From: Candidatus Jordarchaeia archaeon
Lineage (GTDB): Archaea > Asgardarchaeota > Jordiarchaeia > Jordiarchaeales > Jordiarchaeaceae
DNA length: 23,884 bases
Direction of reading: 5' to 3'
Assembly (NCBI GenBank): GCA_029856435.1
Contig: JAHQXB010000097.1
Span: 1-23,884 of the forward strand
Positions 19,089-23,884 of the stretch are shown here, one piece after another. Position 1 is the first letter of the stretch. The number at the start of each line of letters is the position of its first letter. The position numbers were made by a program, and so were the translations under genes. The notes beneath the pieces were generated by a model. It was not told where the DNA came from. It did no database searches and saw only the letters and a program-made list of their open reading frames with translations.

Positions 19089-19262
19089 GAGGCAAGTGAG
19101 TTGAAAATAGTGAGGTTAGATAATATGTCAACATGTTATAAAGTGACAGGTGTACAGGCATGCTACTAGTAGTATGTTTTGTAAAACCAACAAATCAGAA
19201 AGAGAGAAAAAAGAATTTACCAAAAAAGGGGGTGAGTACGCTTTAGTGAAACAGGTTTCCAA

Positions 19263-20144
19263 CTAGTCTATGTGGCTGTAGTGTTTGAACCCGTCTCGAA
19301 GCCAAGTTATTACTACTTGGGCAAAAACTGGCCCCACTCTTGCTATCGCTTTAGAGTTGGGTATAAACTTTTGGACAAGTGAGTTCGTAAGATATTCAAT
19401 GTCATTCAACTTATTTTTGTTCGCTTCAAAGAAGCCCCAGAATCCCTCAAAGACTTTTTTGGCATCGTTCAGTATATTTTTTGCGTCCTGCCCGTCCCAG
19501 CAACCATAGTGGCCCAGACACACCGTGCTAAAATTAACCTTCTTCAACTTATCCAAAGTTTTGTAGTACTCCTCCTTATTAAACCATGGCGGATTATGAG
19601 AAGGTATAAACGTGGTGACATCAACCTTATTGCCTATACTGTCACCCAGAAAAATGTTCTTATTCGCCTTATCATACAGCGCTATGTGTCCCGGAGTGTG
19701 ACCGGGAACATCTATAACCTCAAGCTCCACGCCCCCGCCGAGGTCCACTACGTCTCCCTCCTCAAGGGACGTCACTTTTTTTACTGCTTCAATCGGGCCC
19801 ATACCGAAATCGTAGCCGATTTTTTTGGGATCCTCAATCATGGGTCGGGCCTTTTTTCCCGCGTAGACTTTAACCTTGGCTCCCATCTCTTTGAGAAGGG
19901 GGGCTGCTCCCTGAGTGTGATCCCAGTGTTCATGGGTTATAATCATATAGTCTACTGGGAATTTTCCGAGCTTTTTGAGTTGTTCAACCACTTTTCCCGC
20001 AAATTGGCTGGTTCCACTATCTATAAGTGCTGTTTTTTTTCCTTCCACCACATACATAGCACAGATTTGGGGCACCCCAACCATATGGGCATCCACTAGA
20101 TACGTGTTATTTAGAATTTTTCCAGGTTCGGATTTATGACCCAT
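19263..20144 (-). CDS. MBL-fold metallo-hydrolase (paralogue 2)
   Basis: THEHWDH, PGHTPGH, LGDS and LGHYG. The true start is ATG 20144 (MGHKSE, aligning with paralogue 1 MGHVHE), with RBS AAGGAG. About 64% identical to paralogue 1 (186/292 by manual count). Confidence 0.9.
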   Translation of the reverse strand: MGHKSEPGKILNNTYLVDAHMVGVPQICAMYVVEGKKTALIDSGTSQFAGKVVEQLKKLGKFPVDYMIITHEHWDHTQGAAPLLKEMGAKVKVYAGKKARPMIEDPKKIGYDFGMGPIEAVKKVTSLEEGDVVDLGGGVELEVIDVPGHTPGHIALYDKANKNIFLGDSIGNKVDVTTFIPSHNPPWFNKEEYYKTLDKLKKVNFSTVCLGHYGCWDGQDAKNILNDAKKVFEGFWGFFEANKNKLNDIEYLTNSLVQKFIPNSKAIARVGPVFAQVVITWLRDGFKHYSHID

Positions 20145-20181
20145 AAAACCTCTCTCCTTAAAAGTTATGTAGACTATATTA

Positions 20182-20202
20182 TTCAAATTTGAAGTATATA
20201 AA
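20182..20202 (-). promoter_or_regulatory. Putative TATA box and adjacent palindromic operator of MBL paralogue 2
   Basis: TTTATATA on the - strand at 20202-20195, immediately followed by the perfect 12-bp palindrome TTCAAATTTGAA (20182-20193). Confidence 0.45.
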
Positions 20203-20247
20203 TACATATGCTACTCTGAGATCTCATCTTCTCCCTTTGCAAAATTC

Positions 20248-22088
20248 GGCATAATGTAATAATTATGTTTTTTGTGGGCTGAGCGGTGTGTTTTGGGCTT
20301 GTAGGATTTCCATTCTCGATCTGAGGAAGGTTCCCACCACACCCCCCAGAAAGCAGTAGGCGGATAATTTGCCACCATTAACCGAGAGCACTACTAGAAG
20401 GGTTCTCAGGCTCATTTTTCCACCCCTGTTGGTGTACCTCACCCGAAGAAGCTGGTAAGGATGCACACAAATCCTAGGTTGCCTCTTGATGCTGGAAGCG
20501 GTGAGCAGAGAACATATTCAAACCTCAGAAAGAGGGGGTATGCGAAAAAAGGTCCAGAAGGGCGAGGCTCACCACTTTTTCCGAAGCAGCCTTCGATGAT
20601 ATTATGGGGCTGATGATAGAGTTAACCCCCTCAACTGGGCTGCTGACCAGCCTTTTTTCTCCAAAAGCCTGTTTTAAGACCCCTTGTAACCCCCTTCACC
20701 CCCTCAATCTGCCTCTCTGCGTCGGCCAGGGGGCCCCTAAAGATGCAGGTAGAACTCCTCTTTTCCACATAGGGCTCCCCATCCCCAGACCCTCCCCTCT
20801 GCATTTTCCCAGTGGCCCTGCGGAACTCCTCTATCCCCTGGCGGAGCAGTTCACAGAACCGGAGGGAGAGTCTTCTCAGCCAGAGGAGTTTGAGGTTCTC
20901 CCCAACATCCCTTCTATCAACCTCCCCCCCCGCCACCAGTTCCGCGAGTCGGCGGAGGATTCTTGTGAACCTTTAGAGGAGTCTCCCATCATACTCCCCG
21001 GTGGATGCTTATGAGCATAATCACCTCAAGGAGCCCTTCCCAGCCACCTCCAGGGCTACTTGGGCTTTCCTAATTTTTGGGGATTCATCCGCACACCCTC
21101 CCAGACTATTACCTGGGCGGTGTTCCTTCTCCGAAGCACGTCTATGGAACCGTAGAGAGAATACACCCGGTTCCCAAGAGAGCAGTGGACTTGGTTCCAG
21201 GTTTTTGTGAAAATGTCTCACGTGGGCGGCTTTGGGGGATGCTTCTTGCAGGGTCCACGTATGAGGGGTTCCCGTTGGTCACCACCACTAGGGTTGCTTC
21301 CTCTGGGACGTATTTTCTGAGCTCTTGAGAAACGTATTTATGGTTACGGTGTTTTCCTCTCCAAAGGTCCAGAGGACATTCTTACCCGACTTTCCCACGA
21401 GGATGGCCAGTCTGCTGCTGAAAGAAGCCGTCTATGAAAGCTACCACGAGGTCTCCGCTCAACTTGGGTGTGGGTATGGGAAGATGTTTTGCGAGGGTAA
21501 AGATCACGGTATCCACGAATGTTCTTGTCACTCCCAAAAGTTTCGCGGTTTTCTTCTGGGAAAGCCCCGCAGCCACTAGTTGACCCACCCTCACTTGCGC
21601 ACAGGGCGAAGAAGCATCTGGCCTCAATACTCCTCATTATGCTTAGGCGTCCGTGTTTGGGGCAGTTAAGTACAGGGTTTCTCCCGTTGGTTCCCGAGGT
21701 GTGCGCAAGGCAGCTGGCACCGGGGGCAGCGGAGGACGGTGTGGGGCTTTTTCCTCCTCTTCTTGAGGGTGGCGCAGACCGGGCAGTCCTCGGGTTTCAA
21801 TAGGAAGAGGTAGGAGAGGCAGAGGGTCCACAGGGATTTTACTGGTTCCAGAATCATGCGGGCCACGAACAGGACGCGGCTTTGAGAGGCTGATTGAGGG
21901 GAGCTTGAATTCTTGGAGCATAAGTTCTCTCCATACTGTTTCTTTAATCTCCTTGGATCGGGGGAGGTGGTGGAGTGTTCAGGGTTGATTCCCTCAAAAA
22001 CTTCTTCGACTGACATACCCCTATTATAGACAAAAAGGGGTTAGTTAAACCTAACCCCCCAAAAAAAACATAATTATTACATTGTGCC
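20248..22088 (-). mobile_element. 1841-bp insertion sequence with 26-bp terminal inverted repeats (IS1/IS6-like DDE type), decayed
   Basis: The left end GGCATAATGTAATAATTATGTTTTTT (20248-20273) and the right-end reverse complement GGCACAATGTAATAATTATGTTTTTT (22063-22088) differ by 1 mismatch. The interior is more GC-rich and carries transposase fragments. Confidence 0.88.
20280..22016 (-). pseudogene. Multiply frameshifted transposase (Zn finger - HTH - DDE)
   Basis: Fragments in different frames: CPVC...CPRC...GTNGRNPVLNCPKHG (Zn ribbon); GLSQKKTAKLLGVTRTFVD (HTH); VAFIDGFF (first D); LVVVTNGNPSY...AHVRHFH (second-D region, D replaced by N); AERQIEGVK (candidate E). The 3' limit is approximate. 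Confidence 0.75.
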
Positions 22089-22160
22089 TTCAATTTGCAC
22101 AAAAACCTTTTACGCCTAGATTTTATAAGGAGTATAGCAAAAAAATGATATTGAGGGATT

Positions 22161-23351
22161 TTGATGATTGATAAATTTTTTAATCAGTTATACTCGATTC
22201 GTGTAATGAACGGGGGCTTCTACACGGGTGAAGTAATAACAACGATACTCGCTATTATTATCGTTGCTTATTTTCTTAAAAAAGGGGATAGAAACGCGTT
22301 CTGGGTATTCCTTTTCGGCTGCGGCGCGTGGATCTTCGCTGAGATACTTTTGGCAGCTAGTGGTGAACGGGCATTAACCGCAACAATGCAGCTTCTGGGC
22401 GGAATCAATGTGGGATTTCCGGTAGCACCCATACTTATGGGTATTGTTGAAGGTGCTGTTCCAGCACTATTGGCGTACATATTCGCCAAGTTTCTATACA
22501 CAGGAGAGTATAAGAAAGCTGCACTACCACTCTTATTCATAGTATTTTATCTTTTCCAAGAGAGCGTACTTGGCAAAATCTCTGCTTCGGGTGTACCGTC
22601 ATGGTTCTATTTAACTGGTTTACCAGTATGGAATTCTGTACTCAGCATTCGATGGTACTTCAGACCCGCTGGTGTGGGCGCAGTTCTAATGATGACACTT
22701 ATCGGGATAGTAGCTCTTGCTATGATTAGTACTAGGCGTCCTGCCCACTGGAAATTCACCATCTATTACTATCTAGGCTTGGCTTTCTATATAGCTTGGG
22801 TTACTTGGTCAGCACAGTCCTGGGGCTATACGCGTTTTGTAGCGATACCTGTAATTTTGGGGGATACATGGGCTGCTGGGTTGAATGCTGTTTTGCTTCA
22901 ATACATTTTGATAACGAGTGGTGCGCCTTGGATACCGTTAATGTTCCCATACTGGTTCCTTATTCCAGGTCTTACCACATTTTGGTGGCTCCCTGCGAGC
23001 TTCGGGGGTGCGGCTACCGCTTACCTCTTTGATATACTAATCGAGGTTGCAGGTATCTACATTCCCTTCTTAGCCATACCGTTTAAACTGAAGCTAGTCA
23101 AATTACCTGAGAATGGAGAAGTAGAGGTTTCAAGTAGGCAGGGATGGTTATCACTGCTTTTCTTCTTCATAGTACTGGTACCCATACTAATTGTTGCGGT
23201 GTGGATGTCTTCTTTATCAAACAACTTTCTGACTGGCTTCACCCAGGGACTATTCAATGGTATCATAGTAATGGCTATAGGCACAATAACGGTGATAGTG
23301 GTACAAATTATCTGGAGAGCCACCAAGGGAGAACCGATAAAGTGGTGGTAA
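22161..23351 (+). CDS. Hypothetical polytopic membrane protein (~10 predicted TM segments)
   Basis: 396-aa ORF made of alternating long hydrophobic stretches. GAGG lies upstream. No family is recognised. Confidence 0.8.
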   Translation: MMIDKFFNQLYSIRVMNGGFYTGEVITTILAIIIVAYFLKKGDRNAFWVFLFGCGAWIFAEILLAASGERALTATMQLLGGINVGFPVAPILMGIVEGAVPALLAYIFAKFLYTGEYKKAALPLLFIVFYLFQESVLGKISASGVPSWFYLTGLPVWNSVLSIRWYFRPAGVGAVLMMTLIGIVALAMISTRRPAHWKFTIYYYLGLAFYIAWVTWSAQSWGYTRFVAIPVILGDTWAAGLNAVLLQYILITSGAPWIPLMFPYWFLIPGLTTFWWLPASFGGAATAYLFDILIEVAGIYIPFLAIPFKLKLVKLPENGEVEVSSRQGWLSLLFFFIVLVPILIVAVWMSSLSNNFLTGFTQGLFNGIIVMAIGTITVIVVQIIWRATKGEPIKWW

Positions 23352-23650
23352 TCGCTACCACCTCATTCTTTTTTAATACTCAATGTTTTGCTTTGCCTTT
23401 TTTGATGGTTTATAGAACTTGTTAAAAAATAATTTAAATGTGAGGGAGTAAAATAGTATAGGTGGGTGTACATGCACCCTTTAATGAAGAACAGAGGATG
23501 AGAGATGTGATGAGAGCTAAAGCAGAGAACGCCTCAGTCACCCCTGGTATTCAGAGAACCAGTCTCGTAGGGGGCGGTCTCTGCCCTAACATACACCCCA
23601 GGGAATAGTTATTACTCCTTGGGGAATAAAAACATTTTGGTGTTCTTCAC

Positions 23651-23828
23651 GGCACAATTAATTTGGTGTCTCCTGCTGCGTGTTGTTTGTTTTTCGGCCT
23701 TCATCGTCCTTTTGGGGTGCCCTTTTCGGCTTTTTACCCTGCAGAATAACTCATAATGGGCTTCAATATGGGGACACAGGACGCGACATAAACGTACACC
23801 CAAAAAGTGACTCCCAGTTAATTGTGCC
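23651..23828. mobile_element. 178-bp MITE, copy 2 (inverted relative to copy 1)
   Basis: Ends GGCACAATTAA...TTAATTGTGCC, flanked by the 8-bp direct repeat TTCTTCAC (23643-23650 and 23829-23836). It differs from copy 1 by 6 substitutions and one 2-bp indel (manual alignment). Confidence 0.93.
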
Positions 23829-23884
23829 TTCTTCACACGCGGAAAAAACATAACCAGCGGTAAGGTTCAAGACCTCCCCCTAAA

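Noticed and set aside
20604-21803. Plus-strand ORFs inside the IS (20604-21014, 21001-21210, 21077-21328, 21325-21579, 21519-21803)
   Set aside because: They are antisense to the transposase remnants in a GC-richer element and have no recognisable motifs.
20245-22091. TTC on both sides of the IS as a 3-bp target duplication
   Set aside because: A 3-bp match is easily chance, and the related MITE ends show 8-bp TSDs, so it is left unresolved.
23612-23851. 79-aa ORF through MITE copy 2
   Set aside because: It starts and ends in flanking DNA, and the 2-bp indel in copy 1 breaks the frame.
23854-23884. TTCAAGACCTCCCCCTAAA resembling the first arm of an IS200/IS605 end hairpin; loose similarity to 5463-5483
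   Set aside because: It is cut by the window edge so the second arm cannot be seen, and the similarity is too short to be significant.
1-23884. CRISPR array, rRNA, tRNA, or in-frame Sec/Pyl read-through
   Set aside because: No regularly spaced direct repeats or RNA-gene signatures were seen, and the intact genes end at sensible positions without needing read-through.

Overview
Archaeal-looking accessory/metabolic region. The GGAGG/GGTGA ribosome-binding motifs, TATA-like boxes, oligo-T tracts and gene content suggest an anaerobic heterotroph such as an Asgard or Bathyarchaeia lineage; this is inference only. From left to right the window holds: a + strand operon (5'-truncated GH106-like glycoside hydrolase, D-2-hydroxyacid dehydrogenase, MFE-2-like SDR); two class I SAM methyltransferases; a wHTH plus multi-Fe-S protein; a three-gene - strand operon (two non-canonical VAO/PCMH FAD oxidoreductases and an HdrD/GlcF-type CCG Fe-S protein); an APC permease; two tandem MBL-fold hydrolase paralogues; and an orphan polytopic membrane protein. 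The intergenic DNA holds mobile elements that the ORF track misses. (i) A ~260-bp internally deleted IS200/IS605 element (8641-8900) keeps both end hairpins and only the last ~155 nt of tnpB, which is the omegaRNA/reRNA scaffold, with the pseudoknot pairing intact. (ii) Two inverted copies of a 176/178-bp MITE each have their own 8-bp target duplication. (iii) A 1841-bp decayed IS (Zn finger-HTH-DDE) has 26-bp TIRs that begin like the MITE ends. (iv) There is also a solo IS605-type right end. No CRISPR array, rRNA or tRNA was seen.
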